Source of the DNA: the human T2T-CHM13v2.0 reference genome, Homo sapiens
NCBI RefSeq assembly: GCF_009914755.1
Contig: NC_060928.1
Reading direction: 5' to 3' (one strand)
DNA: 64,000 nt
Position 1 is the stretch's first letter. The number at the start of each line of letters is the position of its first letter. The position numbers and the translations under genes are program-made. Positions 35,192 through 54,688 of this stretch are shown one piece after another. Under the pieces are notes generated by a model. That model saw only the letters and a program-made list of their open reading frames with translations, was not told where the DNA came from and did no database searches.

Positions 35192-36670
35192 ACAATGAGA
35201 ACACTTGGACACAGGAAGGGGAACATCACACACTGGGGCCTGTTGTGGTGTGGGGGGAGGGGAGAGGGATAGCATTAGGAGATATACCTACTATTAAATG
35301 ACGAGTTAATGAGTGCAGCACACCAACATGGCACATGTATACATATGTAACAAACCTGCACGTTGTGCACATGTACCCTAAAACTTAAAGTATAAAAAAA
35401 AAAGAATATGGAAAAATACTAGGCAAATGCAAGCAAAAATAAAGAGAAATAAGTATAAGAAATAAATGGATTTGATGGCAGACAAGCCAGTCACAAGAAA
35501 CAAATTTTACAGAAAATCAAAGGGACAATTCATAATAAAAATTTAAATTAATGTACCTTCATATCAAGCAAAAGCTGTTTGAATATAAGAAGAAATTGGT
35601 AGGAATACAAGTGAGAGAATTTACTTCAAGTAGGCAAAAAATAATTTAAAACATACAAAATATAAATAAAATGGATTTGCCGCTACAAAGAACAAATAAA
35701 ATTTTCAGTGCCAAGAGCATCTATAAATTTATAAAATTTGATTATGTTATGTAAAATATGACAATTTCCAAAAGACAGAAAGCCATATTCTCTGACCGCA
35801 ATGCAACAAAACTAGGTAAACAAAAGGTAACAAAAAATAAAAAAGGAAGAGGGGCTATTTAATCCTTTGGAAATAATATTTGGCCAAATAATTATTGTTT
35901 AAAAGAGGAAATCAAACCTAAAATTATATACTATTTAGACATTAGCAATAACAGTACTACATATCAAAATATGGGTTTACCCCAAAGCTATTCTCAGAGA
36001 AAAATGCAGTGTTTAATGCTTTTACTCCTAACAAGAAAATAAATAAAGGAGGGGAGGAAGGGAGGGAGGGTGGAAGAAGGAAGGAAAGAAAGAAAGGGAA
36101 CTAAATCTTATACCTAAGAACCAAGAAGAATAACAATAGAAAACTTTACAGGGAAATAAATGAATAAAGATAAACCAGATATTAATGAATTAGAAAATAG
36201 TAGGGAATTATTTAGCAATTAGCTTTAGGAATCATAATATTTTAACCATTTTAAATATAAATAGATTTAATACAGTAAATTTGGTACTTACAGCATTGTA
36301 GGAAGAGCTGGAAAATCAGACTTTTGGCTGTGCCTTCAGGGCTTACTCCCAAAAAACATTGCTGAACTGTATTGCCAGTTTCCATAGTGACACAATCAAC
36401 AAGGTGCAGATTTAGGAGGCTACCACTGGAACAACTGAGTTCAAGAACGTAATATCAGAGATTTTTATCCAAGAAGCAGAGATGGATCAAAAGAAACCAC
36501 TGCTAGCATTGCATCTTCCTCCTTGCCACCCACAACTTGGCTTTGCTTTTGCAGAAAAACTCAGTATTTCTGTGACTAGGACAGGCGTAACAGCTGCATT
36601 CGAATTTGTGGCCAGAACCCTGCCTCAAAGGGATCTGGGAAATGTAGTTTTTAGGTTTTCAGGCTCTACA

Positions 36671-36865
36671 GCAGAAGTGTCCAATCTTTTGGCTTCCCTG
36701 GGCCACACTGGAAGAATTGTCTTGGACCACAGGACAGCTTTGCAAGTGACCCAACACAAATTCACAAACTTTCTTAAAACGTTATGAAAATATTTTTTGC
36801 ATTTTTTTTAGTTCATCCATTATCATTAGTGTTAGTGTGTTTTATGTGTGGCCCAAGACAATTTT
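36671..36865 (+). mobile_element. MER30 hAT element
   Basis: GTGTCCAATCTTTTGGCTTCCCTGGGCCACACTGGAAGAATTGTCTTGG ... TTTATGTGTGGCCCAAGACAATT. Confidence 0.8.
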
Positions 36866-39800
36866 TCTTAGAAATTAAGAGTTCTATCACTGCGACAGAT
36901 GAAATGACAGATGTTACAGGATAGTACCAGTGATAACCTGATGGTATTAAATTTGTAAATCTTGATAAAATGGATATTTCTAATTTCTAAGAAAATGTAG
37001 AAGTTCAAATTTGATTAAAAATATTGGAAACCTAAGTATATCAATAGTCATGGTAGAAAATGGAAAAACTTATTAAAAATGAAAATGGCCCCGTGACCAA
37101 AAAAAGACCCAAACAGCTTTATAAAAAATAATTTTATAAAGATTTTGTAAAACCTTCAAGGAACATATAATTTCCATATAATTATGCCATTTACAAAATT
37201 TCCAAACCACATTACTAGCTCTGTTATTATGCATTATCAGGCATTGTGAAAATGTCCTGTTCATTTTCTATGGTTCATCCTAACCACATTGAAATGGATT
37301 TCAATAACCACATTATTTCAGGGCCCCCATTATAGCAGAAAAATCATTATTTTCAGGTATATGTAATTCCCTTCATTGTTTCTTCCCTTTCTTGCCTTCT
37401 TTTTGGGATAACATTTACCTTCAAGAGCTTAATTAAGTGTACTCACAGTATGGTGGCGTGAGCTGTATCCTGCTATCTCCCTCCTGGGCTGCTTGGCATT
37501 TGTATAATCCCAAGTATAGCCATTCCCCGACAATGTCACCCGCTGAATCCTAGGTTGCCTTATCTGGCTTCCAATCATATGATTCACTGTCCTCTGCCTA
37601 ATTCCCTCTCTCAACCATGAGACCTCTGCAGTCTTCACAGCACTCAGACCACTAGGAATAAAAACATTTGGCTACTCCATCATGCCTGCTTAAGATGGAA
37701 AGTGGCCCTGGGTGAGTCTGAGTCACTCCAGCCCTCCTAGACATTGGGCAGAGGCTTTCTTTACTCAGTGTTTCCATATTGTGTAGGGTTGAGGAACTCT
37801 TTTGGACTCAGCGTCTTCCAGGACCAACCAGACCTGAAACAGCACAGATCTCGTATAGTCTGAGATCCCCAATATTTCCAGGGGGATCATCATCATCCTC
37901 CCTCTCCTTTAGGAGCTAAAGGGTCTAAGTGGGGGTTCACATGGAAATGGGGAGGTACTTGACTCTCAGAGATGCTCCCAGTGTTTGCTGTGCCTGCTTC
38001 CTCTCCATCTCTATAGAGGATACAGAGAGAACAGGGAAAGAGGGACAAGGAGAGGGCCTCTCCTGATAGAAGACTCTTTAGAAGTTTGGAGTCAGGAATA
38101 TGGTGGTAGGAGACTCATGCTTATTTATATCCCCTGTTAAAGTATTTCTTGTCTTAAACGTAGACTGGGATCTTTGAACTCCAAAACTGAGAACTTGATA
38201 CTTTTGTTTCTCTGCTTCCACTATGATGCAAAATTGAAGGAAGAAAAGAGTTTCCTGTAGTTGGCTAATAACAATCGACAGTACTATTTAAACTGTTCTA
38301 GAAAATACAAACAAAACATTGCAAAGTTCCGTTTTCTACCAGTCTACCATAACCTGAAACCAAAACCATGAATATGGGCAACATGCAAAAAAAATAAATA
38401 AAATATGAACTTATCTGTTTTAACAGTTTATTTAAATAAATAATAGACCATCACTAGGTTATATTCTAGGAATGCAATATATATTACTTACATTCTTGTG
38501 TAATTTTTCTGTACTCAACAAGGAAGCAATGAGCAAGCCACTATATGGGAAGGTGTAGTACATAAAAATAATTATATTCACTTCAAGGAGCTTAATATCC
38601 AGTTGGAGAGACAAACACAAAAGTTGAACAACATAAAAATGTAAATAATTCATGGTTTACATAAGAAATACTTAAAGGTAGTACACTGTTTTTCCAAATG
38701 AATTATATAAATATGCACTAGATGTTCATAGAAAGTCCCATCACTTGATTCCAGAGTGGTAGGAAAGACTGTACAAAGAGGGGTAGTATGTGTTTAATCA
38801 TAAAAGATGGATTGAACTTGTATGTAGTGAGAATATTTCAGGCAGGTAAGCCAACAGGTGAAACTCTGAAGGCAGGAACGCTGAATATATACATGTTCAG
38901 TCAACAGTGACCAAACTTTCTGTGATAGAAAAGTGAAATGTTATGGTTTAGAGACATTGTGAGTTAAACTTATACTCTTCAGGAAATGTAAGATACATTA
39001 TGTATCTTTTTACGTATTCAGCTGGTAAAACAATTTGGAGTATCTTGACCTACCTGAGGAGCATGCTTGTTCTGTGTGAATAGTGAGGTCTATTGGTTGT
39101 AAGTTCGGTGTACACTTCCTTCACACGGTTACTACCAGACTGCTTTTAAAGCCCCCATTTACACTCTCTTGACTTTATCCCAAGACTTGGCTGCAAAAAC
39201 AGTCAGCTCCTCTGCCATCTATTTTACCTTGATTTTCTGTACCCAGTTCCTGGATTCGTTTTTTTTATCCTCTTCGAGATATACTCAGTCAATCTAAAAT
39301 GGAGATAAAATTGTTGCCAAAATTATGCAGGAGTAAATTCATACATATTGAAGCTTTCACAAATGAAATTGAACCTGGTGAGAAATACTGTGCTACACTG
39401 AAAGCATTTTTCTCCCCTCACATACACATGAATAATTTGTTTAATTGAGCTGTGGATTCCTTGGGGCACCAAGACTAAATATTTATAGTTCTTTGTGTAC
39501 ACTGGATGGTTAGTGGGAGCTCCCCACAACAGCTCCAGAGACAGAATTACTTAGCTGGTTCAGATGGGAACACATAGCAACCTTATTTCTCTACCTGGGC
39601 CTACTGACAGAAAACTCCCTACCTATTTACAGAATTTGAGCCACTCTCCTCACCTCCCACCTCTTCCACCTCCTGCAGATTGTGTTGTATTCTTCCTTCT
39701 ACTTCTGATACCTCGTAAAGTCTCTGATCCTACTGCATTACTCTCTCACTTATACAGATCTCACTGTCCAGCTCCTGAATCCAAACAATGCTTGCCTTTT

Positions 39801-41551
39801 CAAGATCTAATCCATTTTGCCTCAGCTTCCTTTATTCCTTCTAAGAGGGCATTGCAAAAACATCTGCTCCTATTCTGCATCCACTTCACCTCTTTTACCT
39901 TTTCTCAGTCTCCAATTTTCTCCTTTGTCATTATTCCAAACATATTTCACTTACTCTCTAAATATTGATTGGTTGGTTAGTTCTGCATAATACAAAAGGG
40001 TTTCTGACTCTACTTAAAAAGTAATGAGAATCATGACTTCCCACAGAATAAGTAGAGAGCAGATAAACTCTTGGTGTGACAAACTGAGAAAACAAACACT
40101 TTATCTTATTAGATCGTGTCCACAGGGATGCAAATGAAACAAGTGATACATCACCACCATCAACTAAATTACAAACACTGCTTAGGTTTATGACATCCAT
40201 TATTTTACCTGCAACCATTTTTTTAATTATTGTTTTTGAAATTACTATCTTGGTCAAAAGAGCAGGAAAAATGCTCATCGGATCAATAATGTATCCTTTT
40301 AACCTAACCCTAACTCCTAAGAGTGGTTGCAAATATGTGAAAGATTGGTTAATGTAAGGCTCCATCAGGGAATAAGGGGTCAATGGAGCATAAACAGCAG
40401 CAGTCAGGGTGCAGCCAAATTACCCTGTAAACCAGTTGCTATTCCATGAACAGATAGGAGGTGGGCTCTAATAATGTTTAAATCACGAAGATCTGGGATC
40501 TGCATTCACTTAAGTTCATTTGGTTTCTCTTAGCTGTGGCAGATCGACTTTACTTATGCTTTCTCAATTATATACCTCATCCTTACCATGGCTTCATAGT
40601 GGGCAAAGTGGGCTTCCCCACTTGAAAATGTGAGGCATTACTTGCTAAATTTAAAAATAAAATTAAATTGGACCAAGTAGCTGATTTTATGTGGGCATTG
40701 TTCCTTTTGTTTAAGCCTCCATTATAAATAGGATTATTATGTTTGTTGTTTTGTGTTTTTTTAGCTCACCAGATTATCAAGTCAGGATCATGGGTTGTTC
40801 ACCTCTATTTATATAGAGCCTGGAACATTGGTAATGCTTACTATATGTTTGATTAGTGAATAAGTGAGTGGTTATGAATGGAAGAGCTGGGAACAAAGAG
40901 GAAATAAGGCATTTTCATGGGCCTATGATGTAACAGAACAGGCAGGAAAGAGCAAAGCATATTTAGAATGAAGACAATTCTCCAGCTTGGTTGAAAGTTG
41001 TAATACATGTGTTAGGAAAGGTTAAATGTAGTCAAATTTGAATGCCAGATTGAATGCCAGATTTAGGAATTGGGTATTTATTCTATAGATAGTAGAAAGT
41101 TTGAACATTTTGTAACAGGAGAATGACATGGGAGGAATAATGTTTTAGAAAGATTTGTCTTTCTGCAGAATGCAAGAAGGACTGCATTAGGGAGGGATTG
41201 GAGGTTGGAAGGTGAGGGATGAGGTTTACATAAAAAGGTAGGTAAGGCCTGAACTAGAGTGGTAGTGCCGTAATAGTAAAATAAAGGTGATGGAAGAAAT
41301 ATTTTTAAGGAAAAATCATTGGACTTTTTGTTATTTTGGAGTTTGGAGAGCAAGGGAGAGCCATGTGAAAGATGACTTTCTGATTCAGAGTCAGAATGAC
41401 AACAACATCGTTAGTTCTATTACATATATCAGAGAAACCTGGTGCTAGGTGAGTAGGGAGGGTTTGGAAATAGATTATAAAAACTGTAATTTGAAGGAAA
41501 TTTGGAAATGTATGAGCATAAATATCCACACACAGTTTAAGATAAGGGACT

Positions 41552-41852
<301 letters not shown>

Positions 41853-43331
41853 TGGAGGACTAAAATTCTAAGAATAAAATTGGATCAAAAATAAATATTT
41901 GGTAGTAATCTATATGGAAGTGATAACTGATTTTTAGAGTGTGGAAGAATTCTCTAAGAGAGATACTGCAAGAAGAGCAGTAAAAATAAAACTTAAACTT
42001 CGGAATTACCTGTTAAATTTGGTCATTGTGGACCAAATGTGTGTGCATTATCCAACGTACATGGACAAATAAGATGATCAAATGAATGTTTACAATTATT
42101 TTCCACATTACCCAAACAAGTTAATTTGGTTGTGACTTCATTAAATTAATGTCTTAAACTAGAGTGATGGGACCAAGGATAATTAAAGGCACCACATCCA
42201 TCCTGCAGCATTTCCAAAGTGGGAGGTATTTTGAAGCCTTAACATAGATAGTATCCTTATTTATTGCTTCATCTGCTCCTATACATATTTCATATGAACA
42301 TATCAGAGTAACCTTCTTTGAAAAGACTTATTATTTGCCATGTTTTGGCATTCCATGATATTATAATGTCAGGACATCTTAATGTCAATTTTTTTTAAGT
42401 TTTAGAAACAATAAAACTTCTATACGAGTAACATTAAGCGGATCATCTCACATAATTCTTTTACTTATCTTACATCTCAATACCCTACAGGTTTATAACT
42501 CTCACTGAAATGTTTATTAGATACCATTAACTAACAGTTATATAATGTTTTACAATGTGCTTTTACATAATGTTCAATTTGATGTTCATAGTAAATCTGT
42601 CAGCATGGCTTTATTATTGTTATAATTACCATCTTAAAGATGAATAAAATGAAGCTCAGAGAGGTTAAGTAACTTTCCTAAGTGTTTTTTTTTCTTTTTA
42701 TTCGAAAGGTTTATGGGACTCCCCAGTACTCTCCATGTAGAGTCTAATGTAGAATCCAGGAGTGCACAGAAAAGTCACTGGATGTAAGAAACAATGATAA
42801 CCTCTATTTTTACATTAAAAAAATAAGATGCAAGTTAAATTTACTAATATTTAATGTACAGACTGACTCTCAAAGATCAAACAGTGTCTATGGTCATGCT
42901 CCCCATCCTATTTGGTACAGGAGAGGTCTGGAAGAGATGTCTAAGAGCTCCAAAATGCAAGCAGCCTCACAGAGTTACCCTCTCTTGTTTACTCACTCTC
43001 AGTGTTGTGTCATAAGCAGTTCAAATGAGCCTAGATACAAGGATTTATAGATTGTAGGACTATTTTTAATGGCTACTTCATTTTTGCTTTAATAATTATA
43101 TTTGATTGTTAATGAAAATGACCACTTCCACATATATTGAATATTGAATTTATATTTCCTTATATTTCCTGTGTCCCATTCATCTATCTAGTACAAAAAC
43201 CATAACAGAAAAGCTTATTTTAGATTGTAAAATTTCTAAATTATCTTTTAAACCAAATATGCAAAGATATTCCTGCTTATTCATGGTCTGATGAGTTGTC
43301 AGTGTGATGCTTTATATTCTTATACATGTGA

Positions 43332-45172
<1,841 letters not shown>

Positions 45173-46104
45173 TTACATCCACTATCATTATTCATAAATA
45201 TCATGTGAGCTGTATATGCATCCTTTGAGATATTGGCTAAGGATAATCAAGCTATTTTAACACTAAATATCTAAAACATGAAGATGAACTCTATAATTGA
45301 TTCAGCAATGTTTGAAGTCATACTCAATCCAGTACTTTACAAAATTTTACTAAAAATTAATGAAAACGTTGAGTGCTTCCTTTAACATTTCTTATTTAAT
45401 TGCAAGAGGCAAAAAGTGGTTATTTGCCCTGTCACAGTAGGCTAAAGTAATATACTCAATATAACTGCAAAACAACAGGCACTCCTTTTACAGCAAAAAG
45501 TGTTAGAAGTTGCAAAATGTAACTTAGAACAAATTTCAAATTAAAGGAGGGCATGCTATTCATAAAAGTATCAATATTTTTCCAAAGTCTAAGTGTGTGG
45601 TATTTGCTGGATTTTATTTCAATAATGAAGTCCATCAAGTACTACTTTTTGTGTAAGCCACTAAAGAATACGAGCCAGAAAAGATACCTCTCAATAATAA
45701 ACAACTTCTTTAATGAAAACAATGTTTTGTATATAACCAAGTTGCATTGCCTGGAATCTTAAAAAGTACTCCTAGGTCACAGATGGATTTCAGAGCTAGT
45801 ACAATGCAAATTGACTCACTCCATCATATGTGAACACATAAAGCAAAACTGAAGTCACACATGTACAAAATGCTGATGGGTGTCATTGACATGGTTAATT
45901 TCATAAAATTAAAAAACTTAAACCTACAATACAAGCTCTAAACATTGCAATCCATGTGGCATGATCATGAAAATCTTTTGTATTAATACTACAGTGAAGC
46001 TGATTGGTTATCTTGTATCAAAGACATTAAAGGAGTTGAGTTTATAGATGGGTATGTATTTTTCTTGAGTAACAAAAGAGATAAGTATTCCTTTTCTGAT
46101 ATAC

Positions 46105-46423
46105 TGCAATAGTAATAAGAGGTGGGGCCTTCAGGAGGTGATTAAGTAATGAGGGCAGTGCTCTCATGAATGGGATTATGACCTTATAAAAGAGGTGTAA
46201 GGAAGCTTTACATTTCTTTTTTGTCCTTTTAACCTTCTACCATTTTAGGACACAGCAAGAGGCAACATTTTGGAAGCAGAGGGCAACTCTCACTGGAAAC
46301 CAAATCTCCTGGCACCTTGATCTTGGATTTTACAGCCTCCAGAACTGTGAGAAAATAAATTTCTGTTCTTTATAAATTACTCAATCTCATGTACTTTGCT
46401 ATAGCAGCAGGAACAAACTAAGA
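46105..46423 (+). mobile_element. MST (MSTD-like) MaLR LTR
   Basis: GAGGTGGGGCCTTCAGGAGGTGATTAAG ... CAGCCTCCAGAACTGTGAGAAAATAAATTTCTG ... AACAAACTAAGA. Confidence 0.8.
46249..46423 (+). ncRNA. WDFY3-AS2: Probable exon 3 start of the lncRNA (3' end uncertain; may run to ~49260)
   Basis: Long pyrimidine tract plus ttttAG|GACACAGC at 46247-46248 inside an MST LTR. AATAAA at 46354-46359 and at 49243-49248. Confidence 0.5.
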
Positions 46424-46426
46424 TTA

Positions 46427-46759
<333 letters not shown>

Positions 46760-47046
46760 TTACACAGGATCAATGGGACAATGGCTTATATTTTTTCTCT
46801 TTAATTGCCATTTTAAAAATAAAAGTTCAGTGCCCTAATTATAATTACCCTCAATGGTTCCTGGTGAGTTCTTACTAATTTTTGTGTTTTGGCTCCCTTT
46901 CTTTCTTTTGGAATATCATATGACTCATGCATTTTTACAAAATAATTTTCAATCAATTGAAGTCATTATTGTTTTTATGCTTAAATTATTCCATCTTTGG
47001 CCAAATTAGCTCTTATGTCCTTTTGACATAATCCCATTACCTTTTT

Positions 47047-48662
<1,616 letters not shown>

Positions 48663-51250
48663 AACTGATGTAATGAATATATAATTACAACAAAAGAGGT
48701 CTAACACTATAGTAGAAAAGTTTGGGGCACTCATCCCATTCATAATTATTTTACATTTAAATTACTGTTCCTACTTAAGTGGTGAGCTTGGTAACCATTT
48801 TCATATCAGGTGATACTGCTGCAGTAATCATAGCTGTTTGAATCAGGAATAATCCCAATCACATTTTCTCTTAATCGTTTATTATACTGGGCATTGGGGT
48901 TGCAAGATAATGCACAGTCCGAGCTCAATACATGTCTTCATGTACCTGTATGTAAATCCCACTTTTATTCTAAAATTCTTTGAATATTTTGTTTCTTGGA
49001 ACCCAATGATCCTAAGAAAATTATGTACTTTTACCTGAAAATTAAAACCAATATTTATAAAAAGTGTATATGCAGTATGATACCACTTTTAAAAAAAGAT
49101 AAATTTATAGAAAAAAGTTTATATGACTGACAACAATGTCTCTGAGTGGTAGGATTACAGTTAATTTTTATTTTCTTCATTCTACTTATCTTTATTTTCT
49201 GAACTTTCTACAATGAACATGTTTTATTTTTACTTTTGTTAAAATAAATAACATTTAATTTGACGGAAAATTCTAAAAATCAACATTTGGTAACTTAAAT
49301 ATTCATTGGCACATGATTCTGTGCCTGTTTCTGGGGGTCATTCCCATGAGAAGAGCAGGTAGAACTTATGAGAATAGAGCAGTCGAAATATTATAGGTTT
49401 CATATTTTACGGCTTTATTGAAAACATTGATATATTGAATATTCATAAATTTTAATTTAACTTTCTTTTATAATCCTTAATGTGAGGCTAAGGTATAAGG
49501 AGAAAGGAGATTGGTAAGGAAGTGTGATACATATTGAATCAGGTGTCAAGGTACCATTTGTGCCTGGATCTGACCAATAGACCAAGGTAAAAATCTCAAA
49601 GAATGAGACTTGTAATGAGAATGCCACAAACTTGAATACCTTATGCACAAAACACAAACATTGTTATGCATAATGTACATGAACCCTGAAACAAAGATAA
49701 TGATTTGGACCACCCAACTGAAGTGGCATGTTATGTTTTTGGCATGAACAAAAGAAACAAGAGAGAAAAAAATCAAAATAATTAAAATAAATTGTTAGAG
49801 AAAAGTTACTTTAAAAATAGCTATAACGCTTTGCAATTTCAGTAACAGTTCTGCCTCTGATGCAATGTAAAACATGTATTAGACATTCAGGCTCCACAAT
49901 AAATTTTAATGAGCACTACAAATTTAGAATATATAAAAATATCAGTAACCTATGAATTCATCAACATAACTCACTTTTCAGTTAAGTTAGGCTGAGTTGA
50001 AATTCTACTAAGTTTTCCCATATTCTTGATAAAGGCTAAATTTGAAATAATTTATTTAGATGACTAATTGGCAATTTGATAGTAGTTACATTTTATGTAA
50101 CACTTGATATAATAACCCAAATTAATTAGCTCAATATTATCTTCTGTGGTTTATTGATCCAAAAGTACATATTTGTTATGTAAACTTATACTATGTAAAC
50201 TTGAATTAGTTTTTTGCTTCCTTGAATTAATAAAGCCCATTAATGCAAATCTAAGCCTTCATAGACTTTTCCAATCCTTAGTTAAATATTAAAAACTGAG
50301 TATTGTAGTTATTTGCTAGGTATAAAAGGTGACTCAGAGTAGAGAGTAAGATGTCAGCAAATAGACAATAAGATGTCAGCAAAAGTGCCTCAAATTTTAA
50401 CTGCGTCAAGTTAAGGGCATTGTAAATACTGTAGTTTTATGTAGCTTGCAACTTCTACTGAAATGAGTTTAATCATGTCTTTCACATAGCTGAAGTTTGT
50501 GTCAAGATTTAAGCTGATTTTCTCATTCTTATCAAAGTCTCACCTGGGGGTAGGGAGGGGTAGGCCTACCTCCCACCTCTATACTATCATTTTAGGAACA
50601 GACAGGCATAAATCTGTTCATATGGTAGAACACATGATGTTAGAGTATATTTTGTTGAATGCTATGGAATATTAATATAATTAATTCTAAAATATCACCT
50701 AAAATATGTCAACTGAAGATCTGACTGTACTAAATATGAAAAATAAAGCAGCACATACTTTCTCTACTGTTTTCCTGGCCATTCATTGTCACAAGGCTTA
50801 GCCAGTCCCTGACACCCAATACGCTACCAATAAGCCACCATCATCTTTTCCTGGGGTTTTGCATTCACTGGTTGTGTTACCTAGTATTGCCTATGATAAT
50901 CGTTAGTCATCATTAAGGAACTAAGTATTATGTACTCCTTGCCTTGGAATACTCTATTTGGAGTTGTGCAAGTGAGAAGCCCCAAATTTATAAGTCAATA
51001 TCCTCATTCAGAGCTGCCACCCTTGTGACTTTAAATTGGAGCTCCTGTTTTACACCACTGTGTATCTCTATTTCTGGCCATCACTTTTTTAATACACATG
51101 ACTTTCCTCTCCCAGTTTCCAGACAGGGCTCTTTGAATGTATGTCAAACTCAGTTACTCCAGAGAAAAAACTGCCTTTCCCTTCAAAGTGCTCCCTCGAG
51201 GTTCCTTAGTGAGTTTTGTACCTTCTATTTTAAAAGAGGCTTTCCCAAAC

Positions 51251-51870
51251 TGTGCCATTTATCAATTTATTGCCCATCAGTCTCCACCTACCATTCTCTG
51301 CTCTGCTTTGTGAACTGAAGAGGGACCCTGTAAACATTTATTTATTGCCAGCTGGTACAACATTAGACTCTGTCAAGAAAGGGTGCTGGAGGGCCACTTC
51401 AAGTCCACTGCAAGAGAAAGGGGCTGCTCCTGATGGCCAGGTTTGCTGTTTCCTTCAGCAAGGCTGCTGGCGGATGTGCATGTCAGAGCTCTCATAGCTC
51501 TCACCTCAGTGACACTTGACAACCAGCATAGGGCCCACCAAACCCTCCAAGAAGTTTGGTCACCAGGTGAGCCACTTCCTGTGAACCCCTCCAGCATATA
51601 CCTTCTGATAAGTTTCTATGCTGTTGGCAGTCTGGTGTTCCTATAGCAAGCACACTCTCCCCAACAAGGCATGAATCTACATTGGTTGAAGGTGGGACAG
51701 TTGGTTTCTTCTACATTCTTGGTTCCATCATTGTTCATTCTTCCTCAGTCCCAGAAGTAGCTGCTTTTTGCATTTGTTATCTCTGTATTGATTAGAGTTC
51801 CTTTTTATTATGATTAATGTAATACTCCTTTATATTAAATTTTTCCTTTTCAAATAACTGGTGTGGATCA
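51251..51870 (+). mobile_element. Old ERVL-type LTR (LTR41-like)
   Basis: TGTGCCATTTATCAATTTATTGCC start; ...ATTAAATTTTTCCTTTTCAAATAACTGGTGTGG end. Confidence 0.45.
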
Positions 51871-53009
51871 AAGGCATCCTGAATCTGGTATGATCTATCT
51901 CACTGTTTTCAGATACTGTAGTAAGAGGCATAAACTTTATGTAATTTTAGTAGATTTGCAGTTGCAAAATATTTGAGATACATTTATGGCAGGAAAGGTT
52001 GAAGTTAGAAAATTATGCAATTGAGTAACATTCTTATGTAAATTGTGAAAAGACTACCATTATCCCGCTTTAGCAGCATAATATCTTTGTTGAGCTCTCA
52101 TGACTATCCTGTCCTGTAAGAGTAAGCTTAGAGAATCACTGAAACCAATGAACAAAATGTTGCTTAATGGAACGATTATTGAGTTTATAAAAATATATTT
52201 GGTTAGAGAATAATGTTTTGTCTTCAGACTTTCAGTTATGGGTGACCCAACTTCTCTAAAATCATTTTTCCATACTATTTCTGTTTGTCAATTTGATTTT
52301 CTTTGTTTCTACCATTCATATTTAAAATACAGCATTATCTCTAATTTATTCCAGCATTATTAAATATCTACTATTTGCATGGCACTGGCTGGGGAATGGA
52401 AGAGAATACATCTTTTCTGCTCTCAAGGAGCAAAAAAATGTAGCTATAGAAAAATTGCTCAATGTAAATAACTAATACTTTTAATAATGTGACTAATGTT
52501 CAGAAATAATGTATCATCAAAATTTCTTACAGTTCATTAGTTTGTAAATTTAATGTAAATGTTGAGAATATTATTCTTGTCATAATGTAAAGCCACGTTC
52601 TTTTACTTTAATCTCTGGGGAAAAAAATCACAAATTATTATTATTTTAAGACAAGGTGTGCGACAGTTGAATAAAAAGTTGAGTGCATTAATTTCTTTAA
52701 TTAAATCTAAGCTATAATTCAAATGAACTTTGGAAAACACTAACTTTAGTCTGATTAGTTATTAGTAGTTAACTGAGTATCTACAAAAACCATACTTTCA
52801 TTCCCAAAACTGACAGTCATTCTCCTTTGTCCCATGATAGAAATATGAAGATTATTCCACAATACCCTCCGTAGACAGAAAACTTTATAAACCCACTAAT
52901 GCCAAAGGGCAAGGTGATAATCCCCTAACGGAAAAACAGGAAGCCATGCTGTTCTTTTCTTGAATGCCACCTTTGCCGTCACCATAGTGCTGTGATCTAG
53001 GGTAAGGCA

Positions 53010-53034
53010 GTTTGTTGTTGTTGTTGTTGTTGTT
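53010..53034. repeat. (GTT)n microsatellite
   Basis: Direct reading. Confidence 0.9.
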
Positions 53035-53534
53035 TTAAATAACAGAACATTCAGATAAATATCCTAAAGCAGTATAAAATTGGAAGACTAGTGTCTCTAC
53101 TTTAATTAATTGCACATGCTTCTATGTTCTACATAAATCAAAGCCTTCCTTTAAGACCCGTTCTTACCTTCATTCACGATTTGCTCTCCTCTCACAGTCT
53201 TCTGGCCTCGGTCCCCTTGTCCAGTATTCTCCTTTCTTGTGTCCTGACCTGGGGAGTCTCCAGCTCCCTCCAAGTGACAGAGAATCCCGAGTGCTGGCCC
53301 CAGAGGCTTTCATGTCTCTTATCAGTTCTCCTGTTGCAGACTCCAGGTGGCAAGGGCTTTACTTCTGCCTGAGAGCCTCCTGGTCTGAAGAGGGGTAGGA
53401 GGAAGCCTTGTCCTCCTGAGCTGCAGTTGAGTTGGTGGGTGCTTTCACTTTGCTTCAGGCTGTCCACCAACAATGGCTGAAGCATTCTTCCTGAGTGTGC
53501 CTAAACACAGAAATACTTTATCTTTTTTTTTTAA

Positions 53535-53900
<366 letters not shown>

Positions 53901-54441
53901 TGAAAATCAATCTATTCTCAACATGAAGAATTTAGATTTTTCCTATTAAAATGACTCCAGTACTAAGCTTTAGGGAACAGTAATGTTCACTATTATCTTT
54001 GTGCTAAGGGAATAAGCCCTTGGAAGGCCCAGATGGTGTATTATTTATGTAGGTATTTAATAATACTGGACTTGAGTCAGAAACAAAACCAGTGTTTTAA
54101 GCCCAGTTGATTGGAAGGATAATATAACTTTTCTCCTGATAGTGAGAGATGAATTTCAGTTCATCTTGCCCCCAAAATATTGACTTCATGCAACATGTAC
54201 AATGTATTTCCCAAGACAGAAAACTGGGACTCAAAGCTCTCTCTTGTGAAATCTAATTTACCATCATGTCCAGTTAATTCTACCTCATAGCTATATCTCT
54301 TGACTCTGTTATCTTCTTTCCAAACCCTTTCTTACACTATAGGGCCTACAGAATAAATTCAAGTTTGGTAGCATTGCATACAAAGCACTTTATTATCGGA
54401 CCCTTGCGTACATTGTGGCCTCATTTTTAGCTGCCCCCATT

Positions 54442-54688
54442 TGTGGTCATGAAAATGCAGCACTCAGGTTTCCTACTGCAGAGAGTGTAATTGACTGATG
54501 GCCCCAGATAATGTCCTCTGGATCCACTCTTGTGTTCTTGTAGACGCCATGATTCCCACAGGGTTTTCTCAGCCAGTCTGAGTACAACAGAGATTCTAAT
54601 GCAGGCTTATTTTTATAAGACAGTATGCCTTAAACAGGTGATTCTGGCTGGAGGACTCCGCTGAACTCAGCCTGGCTAAGATTTTCTT
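54442..54688 (+). mobile_element. LTR16-like (ERVL) 5' LTR, 3' half missing
   Basis: TGTGGTCATGAAAATGCA... is colinear with the complete copy at 56590-57033 up to ...TTTCTT. Confidence 0.65.

Noticed and set aside
36625-36652. ZNF143-like motif CTGGGAAATGTAGTTT far from the promoter
   Set aside because: It appears to lie within an old MLT1-type LTR where this string is common; no promoter context.
50347-50383. 15 bp direct repeat TAAGATGTCAGCAAA with a 7 nt spacer (and a 12 bp tandem at ~41039-41063)
   Set aside because: Only two units; ordinary micro-duplication, not a CRISPR-like array.
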